DNA of 64,000 bases, taken from Eledone cirrhosa (Eukaryota). Numbering within the stretch: the first letter of the stretch is position 1; each line of letters begins with the position of its first letter. The translations under genes were made by a program, and so were the position numbers. Below, piece by piece: positions 11,568-25,521 of this stretch. The notes under the pieces are model-generated. The model saw nothing but the letters and a program-made list of their open reading frames with translations, was not told the origin of the DNA and ran no database searches. The stretch covers positions 176,824,001-176,888,000 of the forward strand of contig OZ024740.1 in assembly GCA_964016885.1 (NCBI GenBank). Reading direction: 5' to 3'.

Positions 11568-12347
11568 TTATTACAAACTTTTTAATCTACAGTAGCTCTT
11601 CTAATTCATGAGGACCCATATAATTTTAATCTACACTAGCTCTTCTAAGACATGAGTGCCCATATAATTTTAAATTACACTAGGTCTTTCAAGCCATCAG
11701 TGTCCATATATTTGTCAATCAATAATACAGATTAATGTCAGTAAATGCGTTTAAAATTATGTGAGAAAGTGACTAGTTTTGCTTACATAGTTTAGTGATT
11801 ACCACGCCAGATTCACAAGCAGGAGATCGCGATTCCGAAACTTTCTGTAATCCTTGTTTCAATTAAAAACAAACTCCAGTTGTGTCATGATCCTTAGATG
11901 CTTAAATATTTTTCCATCTATCAACTCGGTCGCTTCAATGTGCAGTGGTGTATATTTTATCCTATACTAGATTTGGGCCGACTTGTGCCATACAACAGTA
12001 CTGAAGTATTTCCTAAATATATATAACCGCTAATTAAATTTAGATTGTTAATGAACTGCTTCCAAATTTCCTCATCATGAAACCAAACGATGGCTTATTA
12101 CCAAATATAGCCTTATTAAACATGTTTACATGTCCAGTAAATTAGTGAAAGATATATAAATGTAGAGGTAGCTGATTAGCCATGTAAATACTACGTTATG
12201 AACGATTTTATATATTTAGCATCAACGTGAAGAACATAGTTTAAGGCATGTCAGCCTAGTTTCAGCATTGGTAAAGTATGTAGCAATGGATATTGACATT
12301 GGCAATGATATGATCAGGAGAAATATCTGAAAAAAAAAGGAGTGTCA

Positions 12348-12420
12348 AAGTTCCAGCATGTTTCGAACTCACGACCATCTGCGTGTAAAGCAGATATGAT
12401 AACCACTACACCATGGAACC
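12348..12420 (-). tRNA. trnV: tRNA-Val(TAC), unit 7 (weak T-stem)
   Basis: Matches unit-1 TAC gene. Confidence 0.72.
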
Positions 12421-12538
12421 ACAGACTTGTTTTAGAACAAATATTGCCTCAATACATTTACATTTTATCAATTATGCTGAATTGAAACAAATGTAAATGT
12501 ATTTGATAAGACAATGTTTCTTCTTTCATTCTTCATCT

Positions 12539-12611
12539 GGTTCCATGGTGTAGTGGTTATCACATCTGCTTAACACGCAGAAGGTCGTGAGTTCGAAACT
12601 CGCTGGAACCT
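12539..12611 (+). tRNA. trnV: tRNA-Val(AAC), unit 7
   Basis: Matches unit-1 AAC gene. Confidence 0.9.
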
Positions 12612-13373
12612 TCAATTATCTTTTACTTCTATTTCATTTTGTGTTGTGTTTGATAGAATCTCACATATTCCTTCTGACCATCCCATCGACAATTTCTATA
12701 TCCAGTACTGTATATTTTACCTTACATATGCTGGAACTCTGCTGACCTGTGTTTTACAAAAGTACTTGACGTAGATTCGAAATATTAATAACCAATCATT
12801 ATATAGTATTTATATTGTTAATCAACTGCTTCCAAATTTATACAACTTTCACTAAATTAACAGAAATATAAACGTGTTTCATAATGCAATATATGTTAGG
12901 AAGCAACCGTTTGATACAATGTTGTAGTGTGTATCTCATTTGCAAAAAACTCGAGATGATCGCGGATTCGAAATTCGCAGCAAACACTCTTAAATTTCAA
13001 TCTGAATAAATTATATATTTATTTACATTTTTCATATCTTGCGTCATTTTAGTTGTCAATGAGGATTGAATACATTAATGTTATTGAAAAACACATGTTA
13101 TACAGTAGGTTTGAAAATAAAATATATTTGTTCTTATGTTCCAGAATAGAACATATTTGTAGAAATGATTGCCTAAATATGTCCGACCATGTGCTAAACA
13201 ATGATAATCACAATTTAGAAAGAAATTGCTCTTTATAAACATATTTAGTTTGATAATCTACACACAAGCTTTTTTCTGTGTAGATTGTACATATAAATAT
13301 TAGTGAAGTGAAATATTTCAATATTACAAGATACGTATAAAAGAAAGTTATTCAATAACGAGAAAAGGAAATT

Positions 13374-13446
13374 GGTTCCATAGTGTAGTGGTTATCACGT
13401 CTGCTTCACACGCGGAAGGTCGCGAGTTCGAAACTCGCTGGAGCCT
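13374..13446 (+). tRNA. trnV: tRNA-Val(CAC), unit 8
   Basis: Matches unit-1 CAC gene. Confidence 0.88.
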
Positions 13447-14225
13447 TTATTACAATATTTTTAATCTACAGTCGCTCTTCTAATTCATGAGTACCCATAT
13501 AATTTTAATCTACACTAGCTCTTCTAAGACATGAGTGCCCATATAATTTTAAATTACACTAGGTCTTTCAAGCCATCAGTGTCCATATATTTGTCAATCA
13601 ATAATACAGATCAATGTCAGTAAATGCGTTTAAAATTATGTGAGAAAGTGACTAGTTTTGCTTACATAGTTTAGTGATTACCACGCCAGATTCACAAGCA
13701 GGAGATCGCGATTCCGAAACTTTCTGTAATCCTTGTTTCAATTAAAAACAAACTCCAGTTGTGTCATGATCCTTAGATGCTTAAATATTTTTCCATCTAT
13801 CAACTCGGTCGCTTCAATGTGCAGTGGTGTATATTTTATCCTATAATAGATTTGGGCCGACTTGTGCCATACAACAGTACTGAAGTATTTCCTAAATATA
13901 TATAAGCGCTAATTAAATTTAGATTGTTAATGAACTGCTTCCAAATTTCCTCATCATGAAACCAAACGATGGCTTATTACCAAATATAGCCTTATTAAAC
14001 ATGTTTACATGTCCAGTAAATTAGTGAAAGATGTATAAATGTAGTTGTAGCTGATTAGCCATGTAAATACTACGTTATGAACGATTTTATATATTTAGCA
14101 TCAACGTGAAGAACATTGTTTAACGCATGTCAGCCTAGTTTCAGCATGGTAAAGTATGTAGCAATGGATATTGACATTGGCAATGATATGATCAGGAGAA
14201 ATATCTGAAAAAAAAAGGAGTGTCA

Positions 14226-14298
14226 AAGTTCCAGCATGTTTCGAACTCACGACCATCTGCGTGTAAAGCAGATATGATAACCACTACACCATGGAACC
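14226..14298 (-). tRNA. trnV: tRNA-Val(TAC), unit 8 (weak T-stem)
   Basis: Matches unit-1 TAC gene. Confidence 0.72.
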
Positions 14299-14416
14299 AC
14301 AGACTTGTTTTAGAACAAATATTGCCTCAATACATTTACATTTTATCAATTATGCTGAATTGAAACAAATGTAAATGTATTTGATTAGACAATGTTTCTT
14401 CTTTCATTCTTCATCT

Positions 14417-14489
14417 GGTTCCATGGTGTAGTGGTTATCACATCTGCTTAACACGCAGAAGGTCGTGAGTTCGAAACTCGCTGGAACCT
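14417..14489 (+). tRNA. trnV: tRNA-Val(AAC), unit 8
   Basis: Matches unit-1 AAC gene. Confidence 0.9.
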
Positions 14490-15260
14490 TCAATTATCTT
14501 TTTTTTCTTTTACTTCTATTTCATTTTGTGTTGTGTTTGATAGAATCTCACATATTCCTTCTGACCATCCCATCGACAATTTCTATATCCAGTACTGTAT
14601 ATTTTACCTTACATATGCTGGAACTCTGCTGACCTGTGTTTTACAAAAGTACTTGACGTAGATTCGAAATATTAATAACCAATCATTATATAGTATTTAT
14701 ATTGTTAATCAACTGCTTCCAAATTTATACAACTTTCACTAAATTAACAGAAATATAAACGTGTTTCATAATGCAATATATGTTAGGAAGCAACCGTTTG
14801 ATACAATGTTGTAGTGTGTATCTCATTTGCAAAAAACTCGAGATGATCGCGGATTCGAAATTCGCAGCAAACACTCTTAAATTTCAATCTGAATAAATTA
14901 TATATTTATTTACATTTTTCATATCTTGCGTCATTTTAGTTGTCAATGAGGATTGAATACATTAATGTTATTGAAAAACACATGTTATACAGTAGGTTTG
15001 AAAATAAAATATATTTGTTCTTATGTTCCAGAATAGAACATATTTGTAGAAATGATTGCATAAATATGTCCGACCATGTGCTAAACAATGATAATCACAA
15101 TTTAGAAAGAAATTGCTCTTTATAAACATATTTAGTTTGATAATCTACACACAAGCTTTTTTCTGTGTAGATTGTACATATAAATATTAGTGAAGTGAAA
15201 TATTTCAATATTACAAGATACGTATAAAAGAAAGTTATTCAATATCGAGAAAAGGAAATT

Positions 15261-15333
15261 GGTTCCATAGTGTAGTGGTTATCACGTCTGCTTCACACGC
15301 GGAAGGTAGCGAGTTCGAAACTCGCTGGAGCCT
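15261..15333 (+). tRNA. trnV: tRNA-Val(CAC), unit 9
   Basis: CAC gene with variable loop AGGTA. Confidence 0.84.
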
Positions 15334-16112
15334 TTATTACAATATTTTTAATCTACAGTAGCTCTTCTAATTCATGAGTACCCATATAATTTTAATCTAC
15401 ACTAGCTCTTCTAAGACATGAGTGCCCATATAATTTTAAATTACACTAGGTCTTTCAAGCCATCAGTGTCCATATATTTGTCAATCAATAATACAGATTA
15501 ATGTCAGTAAATGCGTTTAAAATTATGTGAGAAAGTGACTAGTTTTGCTTACATAGTTTAGTGATTACCACGCCAGATTCACAAGCAGGAGATCGCGATT
15601 CCGAAACTTTCTGTAATCCTTGTTTCAATTAAAAACAAACTCCAGTTGTGTCATGATCCTTAGATGCTTAAATATTTTTCCATCTATCAACTCGGTCGCT
15701 TCAATGTGCAGTGGTGTATATTTTATCCTATACTAGATTTGGGCCGACTTGTGCCATACCACAGTACTGAAGTATTTCCTAAATATATATAAGCGTTAAT
15801 TAAATTTAGATTGTTAATGAACTGCTTCCAAATTTCCTCATCATGAAACCAAACGATGGCTTATTACCAAATATAGCCTTATTAAACATGTTTACATGTC
15901 CAGTAAATTAGTGAAAGATGTATAAATGTAGTTGTAGCTGATTAGCCATGTAAATACTACGTTATGAACGATTTTATATATTTAGCATCAACGTGAAGAA
16001 CATTGTTTAACGCATGTCAGCCTAGTTTCAGCATGGTAAAGTATGTAGCAATGGATATTGACATTGGCAATGATATGATCAGGAGAAATATCTGAAAAAA
16101 AAAGGAGTGTCA

Positions 16113-16185
16113 AAGTTCCAGCATGTTTCGAACTCACGACTACCTGCGTGTAAAGCAGATATGATAACCACTACACCATGGAACC
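16113..16185 (-). tRNA. trnV: tRNA-Val(TAC), unit 9 (weak T-stem, two further substitutions)
   Basis: + strand GACTACCTGCGTGTAAAGCAG. Confidence 0.66.
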
Positions 16186-16303
16186 ACAGACTTGTTTCAG
16201 AACAAATATTGCCTCAATACATTTACATTTTATCAATTATGCTGAATTGAAACAAATGTAAATGTATTTGATTAGACAATGTTTCTTCTTTCATTCTTCA
16301 TCT

Positions 16304-16376
16304 GGTTCCATGGTGTAGTGGTTATCACATCTGCTTAACACGCAGAAGGTCGTGAGTTCGAAACTCGCTGGAACCT
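16304..16376 (+). tRNA. trnV: tRNA-Val(AAC), unit 9
   Basis: Matches unit-1 AAC gene. Confidence 0.9.
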
Positions 16377-17146
16377 TCAATTATCTTTTTTTCTTTTACT
16401 TCTATTTCATTTTGTGTTGTGTTTGATAGAATCTCACATATTCCTTCTGACCATCCCATCGACAATTTCTATATCCAGTACTGTATATTTTACCTTACAT
16501 ATGCTGGAACTCTGCTGACCTGTGTTTTACAAAAGTACTTGACGTAGATTCGAAATATTAATAACCAATCATTATATAGTATTTATATTGTTAATCAACT
16601 GCTTCCAAATTTATACAACTTTCACTAAATTAACAGAAATATAAACGTGTTTCATAATGCAATATATGTTAGGAAGCAACCGTTTGATACAATGTTGTAG
16701 TGTGTATCTCATTTGCAAAAAACTCGAGATGATCGCGGATTCGAAATTCGCAGCAAACACTCTTAAATTTCAATCTGAATAAATTATATATTTATTTACA
16801 TTTTTCATATCTTGCGTCATTTTAGTTGTCAATGAGGATTGAATACATTAATGTTATTGAAAAACACATGTTATACAGTAGGTTTGAAAATAAAATATAT
16901 TTGTTCTTATGTTCCAGAATAGAACATATTTGTAGAAATGATTGCCTAAATATGTCCGACCATGTGCTAAACAATGATAATCACAATTTAGAAAGAAATT
17001 GCTCTTTATAAACATATTTAGTTTGATAATCTACACACAAGCTTTTTTCTGTGTAGATTGTACATATAAATATTAGTGAAGTGAAATATTTCAATATTAC
17101 AAGATACGTATAAAAGAAAATTATTCGATATCGAGAAAAGGAAATT

Positions 17147-17219
17147 GGTTCCATAGTGTAGTGGTTATCACGTCTGCTTCACACGCGGAAGGTAGCGAGT
17201 TCGAAACTCGCTGGAGCCT
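17147..17219 (+). tRNA. trnV: tRNA-Val(CAC), unit 10
   Basis: CAC gene with variable loop AGGTA. Confidence 0.84.
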
Positions 17220-17999
17220 TTATTACAATATTTTTAATCTACAGTAGCTCTTCTAATTCATGAGTACCCATATAATTTTAATCTACACTAGCTCTTCTAA
17301 GACATGAGTGCCCATATAATTTTAAATTACACTAGGTCTTTCAAGCCATCAGTGTCCATATATTTGTCAATCAATAATACAGATTAATGTCAGTAAATGC
17401 GTTTAAAATTATGTAAGAAAGTGACTAGTTTTGCTTACAAAGTTTAGTCATTACCACGCCAGATTCACAAGCAGGAGATCGCGATTCCGAAACTTTCTGT
17501 AATCCTTGTTTCAATTAAAAACAAACTCCAGTTGTGTCATGATCCTTAGATGCTTAAATATTTTTCCATCTATCAACTCGGTCGCTTCAATGTGCAGTGG
17601 TGTATATTTTATCCTATACTAGATTTGGGCCGACTTGTGCCATACAACAGTACTGAAGTATTTCCTAAATATATATAACCGCTAATTAAATTTAGATTGT
17701 TAATGAACTGCTTCCAAATTTCCTCATCATGAAACAAAACGATGGCTTATTACCAAATATAGCCTTATTAAACATGTTTACATGTCCAGTAAATTAGTGA
17801 AAGATGTATAAATGTAGAGGTAGCTGATTAGCCATGTAACTACTACGTTATGAACGATTTTATATATTTAGCATCTACGTCAAGAACTTTGTTTAACGCA
17901 TGTCAGCCTAGTTTCAGCATTGGTAAAGTATGTAGCAATGGATATTGACATTGGCAAGGATATGATCAGGAGAAATATCTGAAAAAAAACGGAGTGTCA

Positions 18000-18072
18000 A
18001 AGTTCCAGCATGTTTCGAACTCACGACCATCTGCGTGCAAAGCAGATATGATAACCACTACACCATGGAACC
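18000..18072 (-). tRNA. Val-body tRNA with Ala anticodon TGC (TAC>TGC), unit 10; weak T-stem
   Basis: + strand CTGCGTGCAAAGCAG = CTGC-TT-TGC-AC-GCAG on the minus strand. Confidence 0.66.
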
Positions 18073-18190
18073 ACAGACTTGTTTTAGAACAAATATTGCC
18101 TCAATACATTTACATTTTATCAATTATGCTGAATTGAAACAAATGTAAATGTATTTGATAAGACAATGTTTCTTCTTTCATTCTTCATCT

Positions 18191-18263
18191 GGTTCCATGG
18201 TGTAGTGGTTATCACATCTGCTTAACACGCAGAAGGTCGTGAGTTCGAAACTCGCTGGAACCT
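18191..18263 (+). tRNA. trnV: tRNA-Val(AAC), unit 10
   Basis: Matches unit-1 AAC gene. Confidence 0.9.
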
Positions 18264-19032
18264 TCAATTATCTTTTTTTCTTTTACTTCTATTTCATTTT
18301 GTGTTGTGTTTGATAGAATCTCACATATTTCATCTGACTATCCCATCGACAATTTCTATATCCAGTACTGTATATTTTACCTTACATATGCTGGAACTCT
18401 GCTGACCTGTGTTTTACAAAAGTACTTGACGTAGATTCGAAATATTAATAACCAATCATTATATAGTATTTATATTGTTAATCAACTGCTTCCAAATTTA
18501 TACAACTATCACTAAATTAACAGAAATATAAACGTGTTTCATAATGCAATATATGTTAGGAAGCAACCGTTTGATACAATGTTGTAGTGTGTATCTCATT
18601 GGCAAAAAACTCGAGATGATCGCGAATTCGAAATTCGCAGCAAACACTCTTAAATTTCAATCTGAATAAATTATATATTTATTTACATTTTTCATATCTT
18701 GCGTCATTTTAGTTGTCAATGAGGATTGAATACATTAATGTTATTGAAAAACACATGTTATACAGTAGGTTTGAAAATAAAATATATTTGTTCCTATGTT
18801 CCGGAATAGAACATATTTGTAGAAATGATTGCCTAAATATGTCCGACCATGTCCTAAACAATGACAATCATAATTTAGAAAGAAATTGCTCTTTATAAAC
18901 ATATTTAGTTTGATAATCTACACACAGCTTTTTTCTGTGTAGATTGTACATATAAATATTAGTGAAGTGAAATATTTCAAAATCACAAGATACGTATAAA
19001 AGAAAGTTATTCGATATCGAGAAAAGGAAATT

Positions 19033-19105
19033 GGTTCCATAGTGTAGTGGTTATCACGTCTACTTCACACGCGGAAGGTCGCGAGTTCGAAACTCGCTGG
19101 AGCCT
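19033..19105 (+). tRNA. trnV: tRNA-Val(CAC), unit 11 (anticodon-stem mismatch)
   Basis: TCTAC instead of TCTGC. Confidence 0.76.
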
Positions 19106-19876
19106 TTATTACAATATTTTTACTCTACAGTAGCTCTTCTAATTCATGAGTACCCATATAATTTTAATCTACACTAGCTCTTCTAAGACATGAGTGCCCA
19201 TATAATTTTAAATTACACTAGGTCTTTCAAGCCATCAGTGTCCATATAATTGTCAATCAATAATACAGATCAATGTCAGTAAATGCGTTTATAATTATGT
19301 GAGAAAGTGACTAGTTTTGCTTACATAATTTAGTGATTACCACGCCAGATTCACAAGCATGAGATCGCCATTCCGAAACTTTCTGTAATCCTTGTTTCAA
19401 TTAAAAACAAACTCCAGTTGTGTCATGATCCTTAGATGCTTAAATATTTTTCCATCTATCAACACGGTAGCTTCAATGTGCAGTGGTGTATATTTTATCC
19501 TATACTAGATTTGGGCCGACTTGTGCCATACAACAGTACTGAAGTATTTCCTAAATATATATAACCGCTAATTAAATTTAGATTGTTAATGAACTGCTTC
19601 CAAATTTCCTCATCATGAAACCAAACGATGGCTTATTACCAAATATAGCCTTATTAAACATGTCCAGTAAATAAGTGAAATATGTATAAATGTAGAGGTA
19701 GCTGATTAGCCATGTAAATACTACGTTATGAACGATTTTATATATTTAGCATCTACGTCAAGAACTTTGTTTAACGCATGTCAGCCTAGTTTCAGCATTG
19801 GTAAAGTATGTAGCAATGGATATTGACATTGGCAATGATAAGATCAGGAGAAATATCTGAAAAAAAAGGCGTGTCA

Positions 19877-19949
19877 AAGTTCCAGCATGTTTCGAACTCA
19901 CGACCATCTGCGTGTAAAGCAGATATGATAACCACTACACCATGGAACC
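19877..19949 (-). tRNA. trnV: tRNA-Val(TAC), unit 11 (weak T-stem)
   Basis: Matches unit-1 TAC gene. Confidence 0.72.
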
Positions 19950-20067
19950 ATAGACTTGTTTCAGAACAAATATTGCCTCCATACATTTACATTTTATCAA
20001 TTATGCTGAATTGAAACAAATGTAAATGTATTTGATAAGACAATGTTTCTTCTTTCATTCTTCATCT

Positions 20068-20140
20068 GGTTCCATGGTGTAGTGGTTATCACGTCTGCTT
20101 AACACGCAGAAGGTCGTGAGTTCGAAACTCGCTGGAACCT
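20068..20140 (+). tRNA. trnV: tRNA-Val(AAC), unit 11
   Basis: AAC gene with G26 (CACGTCTGC). Confidence 0.9.
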
Positions 20141-20902
20141 TCAATTATCTTTTACTTCTATTTCATTTTGTGTTGTGTTTGATAGAATCTCACATATTTC
20201 TTCTGACCATCCCATCGACAATTTCTATATCCAGTACTGTATATTTTACCTTATATATGCTGGAACTCTGCTGACCTGTGTTTTACAAAAGTACTTGACG
20301 TAGATTCGAAATATTAATAACCAATCATTATATAGTATTTATATTGTTAATCAACTGCTTCCAAATTTATACAACTTTCACTAAATTAACAGAAATATAA
20401 ACGTGTTTCATAATGCAATATATGTTAGGAAGCAACCGTTTGATACAATGTTGTAGTGTGTATCTCATTTGCAAAAAACTCGAGATGATCGCGGATTCGA
20501 AATTCGCAGCAAACACTCTTAAATTTCAATCTGAATAAATTATATATTTATTTACATTTTTCATATCTTGCGTCATTTTAGTTGTCAATGAGGATTGAAT
20601 ACATTAATGTTATTGAAAAACACATGTTATACAGTAGGTTTGAAAATAAAATATATTTGTTCCTATGTTCCAGAATAGAACATATTTGTAGAAATGATTA
20701 CCTAAATATGTCTGACCATGTGCTAAACAATGATAATCATAATTTAGAAAGAAATTGCTCTTTATAAACATATTTAGTTTGATAATCTACACACAAGCTT
20801 TTTTCTGTGTAGATTGTACATATAAATATTAGTGAAGTGAAATATTTCAAAATCACAAGATACGTATAAAAGAAAGTTATTCGATATCGAGAAAAGGAAA
20901 TT

Positions 20903-20975
20903 GGTTCCATAGTGTAGTGGTTATCACGTCTGCTTCACACGCGGAAGGTCGCGAGTTCGAAACTCGCTGGAGCCT
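20903..20975 (+). tRNA. trnV: tRNA-Val(CAC), unit 12
   Basis: Matches unit-1 CAC gene. Confidence 0.88.
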
Positions 20976-21754
20976 TTATTACAATATTTTTAATCTACAG
21001 TAGCTCTTCTAATTCATGAGTACCCATATAATTTTAATCTACACTAGCTCTTCTAAGACATGAGTGCCCATATAATTTTAAATTACACTAGGTCTTTCAA
21101 GCCATCAGTGTCCATATATTTGTCAATCAATAATACAGATTAATGTCAGTAAATGCGTTTAAAATTATGTGAGAAAGTGACTAGTTTTGCTTACATAGTT
21201 TAGTGATTACCACGCCAGATTCACAAGCAGGAGATCGCGATTCCGAAACTTTCTGTAATCCTTGTTTCAATTAAAAACAAACTCCAGTTGTGTCATGATC
21301 CTTAGATGCTTAAATATTTTTCCATCTATCAACTCGGTAGCTTCAATGTGCAGTGGTGTATATTTTATCCTATACTAGATTTGGGCCGACTTGTGCCATA
21401 CAACAGTACTGAAGTATTTCCTAAATATATATAACCGCTAATTAAATTTAGATTGTTAAAGAACTGCTTCCAAATTTCCTCATCATGAAACCAAACGATT
21501 GCTTATTACCAAATATAGCCTTATTAAACATGTTTACATGTCCAGTAAATTAGTGAAAGATGTATAAATGTAGAGGTAGCTGATTAGCCATGTAAATACT
21601 ACGTTATGAACTATTTTATATATTTAGCATCAACGTGAAGAACATTGTTTAACGCATGTCAGCCTAGTTTCAGCATTGGTAAAGTATGTAGCAATGGATA
21701 TTGACATTGGCAATGATAAGATCAGGAGAAATATCTGAAAAAAAAGGAGTGTCA

Positions 21755-21827
21755 AAGTTCCAGCATGTTTCGAACTCACGACCATCTGCGTGTAAAGCAG
21801 ATATGATAACCACTACACCATGGAACC
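21755..21827 (-). tRNA. trnV: tRNA-Val(TAC), unit 12 (weak T-stem)
   Basis: Matches unit-1 TAC gene. Confidence 0.72.
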
Positions 21828-21945
21828 ATAGACTTGTTTTAGAACAAATATTGCCTCCATACATTTACATTTTATCAATTATGCTGAATTGAAACAAATG
21901 TAAATGTATTTGATAAGACAATGTTTCTTCTTTCATTCTTCATCT

Positions 21946-22018
21946 GGTTCCATGGTGTAGTAGTTATCACATCTGCTTAACACGCAGAAGGTCGTGAGTT
22001 CGAAACTCGCTGGAACCT
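21946..22018 (+). tRNA. trnV: tRNA-Val(AAC), unit 12 (D-loop GG mutated to AG)
   Basis: GTGTAGTAGTTATC. Confidence 0.76.
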
Positions 22019-22780
22019 TCAATTATCTTTTACTTCTATTTCATTTTGTGTTGTGTTTGATAGAATCTCACATATTTCTTCTGACCATCCCATCGACAAT
22101 TTCTATATCCAGTACTGTATATTTTACCTTATATATGCTGGAACTCTGCTGACCTGTGTTTTACAAAAGTACTTGACGTAGATTCGAAATATTAATAACC
22201 AATCATTATATAGTATTTATATTGTTAATCAACTGCTTCCAAATTTATACAACTTTCACTAAATTAACAGAAATATAAACGTGTTTCATAATGCAATATA
22301 TGTTAGGAAGCAACCGTTTGATACAATGTTGTAATGTGTATCTCATTTGCAAAAAACTCGAGATGATCGCGGATTCGAAATTCGCAGCAAACACTCTTAA
22401 ATTTCAATCTGAATAAATTATATATTTATTTACATTTTTCATATCTTGCGTCATTTTAGTTGTCAATGAGGATTGAATACATTAATGTTATTGAAAAACA
22501 CATGTTATACAGTAGGTTTGAAAATAAAATATATTTGTTCCTATGTTCCAGAATAGAACATATTTGTAGAAATGATTACCTAAATATGTCTGACCATGTG
22601 CTAAACAATGATAATCATAATTTAGAAAGAAATTGCTCTTTATAAACATATTTAGTTTGATAATCTACACACAAGCTTTTTTCTGTGTAGATTGTACATA
22701 TAAATATTAGTGAAGTGAAATATTTCAAAATCACAAGATACGTATAAAAGAAAGTTATTCGATATCGAGAAAAGGAAGTT

Positions 22781-22853
22781 GGTTCCATAGTGTAGTGGTT
22801 ATCACGTCTGCTTCACACGCGGAAGGTCGCGAATTCGAAACTCGGTGGAGCCT
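22781..22853 (+). tRNA. trnV: tRNA-Val(CAC), unit 13 (T-arm lesions, likely pseudogene)
   Basis: GCGAATTCGAAACTCGG. Confidence 0.65.
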
Positions 22854-23633
22854 TTATTACAATATTTTTAATCTACAGTAGCTCTTCTAATTCATGAGTA
22901 CCCATATAATTTTAATCTACACTAGCTCTTCTAAGACATGAGTGCCCATATAATTTTAAATTACACTAGGTCTTTCAAGCCATCAGTGTCCATATATTTG
23001 TCAATCAATAATACAGATTAATGTCAGTAAATGCGTTTAAAATTATGTGAGAAAGTGACTAGTTTTGCTTACATAGTTTAGTGATTACCACGCCAGATTC
23101 ACAAGCAGGAGATCGCGATTCCGAAACTTTCTGTAATCCTTGTTTCAATTAAAAACAAACTCCAGTTGTGTCATGATCCTTAGATGCTTAAATATTTTTC
23201 CATCTATCAACTCGGTAGCTTCAATGTGCAGTGGTGTATATTTTATCCTATACTAGATTTGGGCCGACTTGTGCCATACAACAGTACTGAAGTATTTCCT
23301 AAATATATATAACCGCTAATTAAATTTAGATTGTTAAAGAACTGCTTCCAAATTTCCTCATCATGAAACCAAACGATTGCTTATTACCAAATATAGCCTT
23401 ATTAAACATGTTTACATGTCCAGTAAATTAGTGAAAGATGTATAAATGTAGAGGTAGCTGATTAGCCATGTAAATAATACGTTATGAACGATTTTATATA
23501 TTTAGCATCAACGTGAAGAACATTGTTTAACGCATGTCAGCCTAGTTTCAGCATTGGTAAAGTATGTAGCAATGGATATTGACATTGGCAATGATATGAT
23601 CAGGAGAAATATCTGAAAAAAAAAGGAGTGTCA

Positions 23634-23706
23634 AAGTTCCAGCATGTTTCGAAATCACGACCATCTGCGTGTAAAGCAGATATGATAACCACTACACCAT
23701 GGAATC
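23634..23706 (-). tRNA. trnV: tRNA-Val(TAC), unit 13 (acceptor and B-box lesions, likely pseudogene)
   Basis: + strand TTCGAAATCACG and ATGGAATC. Confidence 0.58.
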
Positions 23707-23824
23707 ACAGACTTGTTTTAGAACAAATATTGCATCAATACATTTACATTTTATCAATTATGCTGAATTGAAACAAATGTAAATGTATTTGATAAGACAA
23801 TGTTTCTTCTATCATTCTTCATCT

Positions 23825-23897
23825 GGTTCCATGGTGTAGTGGTTATCACATCTGCTTAACACGCAGAAGGTCGTGAGTTCGAAACTCGCTGGAACCT
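23825..23897 (+). tRNA. trnV: tRNA-Val(AAC), unit 13
   Basis: Matches unit-1 AAC gene. Confidence 0.9.
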
Positions 23898-24668
23898 TCA
23901 ATTATCTTTTTTTCTTTTACTTCTATTTCATTTTGTGTTGTGTTTGATAGAATCTCACATATTCCTTCTGACCATCCCATCGACAATTTCTATATCCAGT
24001 ACTGTATATTTTACCTTACATATGCTGGAACTCTGCTGACCTGTGTTTTACAAAAGTACTTGACGTAGATTCGAAATATTAATAACCAATCATTATATAG
24101 TATTTATATTGTTAATCAACTGCTTCCAAATTTATACAACTTTCACTAAATTAACAGAAATATAAACGTGTTTCATAATGCAATATGTGTTAGGAAGCAA
24201 CCGTTTGATACAATGTTGTAGTGTGTATCTCATTTGCAAAAAAACTCGAGATGATCGCGGATTCGAAATTCGCAGCAAACACTCTTAAATTTCAATCTGA
24301 ATAAATTATATATTTATTTACATTTTTCATATCTTGCGTCATTTTAGTTGTCAATGAGGATTGAATACATTAATGTTATTGAAAAACACATGTTATACAG
24401 TAGGTTTGAAAATAAAATATATTTGTTCTTATGTTCCAGAATAGAATATATTTGTAGAAATGATTGCCTAAATATGTCCGACCATGTGCTAAACAATGAT
24501 AATCACAATTTAGAAAGAAATTGCTCTTTATAAACATATTTAGTTTGATAATCTACACACAAGCTTTTTTCTGTGTAGATTGTACATATAAATATTAGTG
24601 AAGTGAAATATTTCAATATTACAAGATACGTATAAAAGAAAGTTATTCGATATCGAGAAAAGGAAATT

Positions 24669-24741
24669 GGTTCCATAGTGTAGTGGTTATCACGTCTGCT
24701 TCACACGCGGAAGGTCGCGAGTTCGAAACTCGCTGGAGCCT
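24669..24741 (+). tRNA. trnV: tRNA-Val(CAC), unit 14
   Basis: Matches unit-1 CAC gene. Confidence 0.88.
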
Positions 24742-25521
24742 TTATTACAATTTTTTTAATCTACAGTCGCTCTTCTAATTCATGAGTACCCATATAATTT
24801 TAATCTACACTAGCTCTTCTAAGACATGAGTGCCCATATAATTTTAAATTACACTAGGTCTTTCAAGCCATCCGTGTCCATATATTTGTCAATCAATAAT
24901 ACAGATCAATGTCAGTAAATGCGTTTAAAATTATGTGAGAAAGTGACTAGTTTTGCTTACATAGTTTAGTGATTACCACGCCAGATTCACAAGCAGGAGA
25001 TCGCGATTCCGAAACTTTCTGTAATCCTTGTTTCAATTAAAAACAAACTCCAGTTGTGTCATGATCCTTAGATGCTTAAATATTTTTCCATCTATCAACT
25101 CGGTCGCTTCAATGTGCAGTGGTGTATATTTTATCCTATACTACATTTGGGCCGACTTGTGCCATACAACAGTACTGAAGTATTTCCTAAATATATATAA
25201 CCGCTAATTAAATTTAGATTGTTAATGAACTGCTTCCAAATTTCCTCATCATGAAACCAAACGATGGCTTATTACCAAATATAGCCTTATTAAACATGTT
25301 TACATGTCCAGTAAATTAGTGAAAGATATATAAATGTAGAGGTAGCTGATTAGCCATGTAAATACTACGTTATGAACGATTTTATATATTTAGCATCTAC
25401 GTCAAGAACGTTGTTTAACGCATGTCAGCCTAGTTTCAGCATTGGTAAAGTATGTAGCAATGGATATTGACATTGGCAAGGATATGATCAGGAGAAATAT
25501 CTGAAAAAAAAAGGAGTGTCA

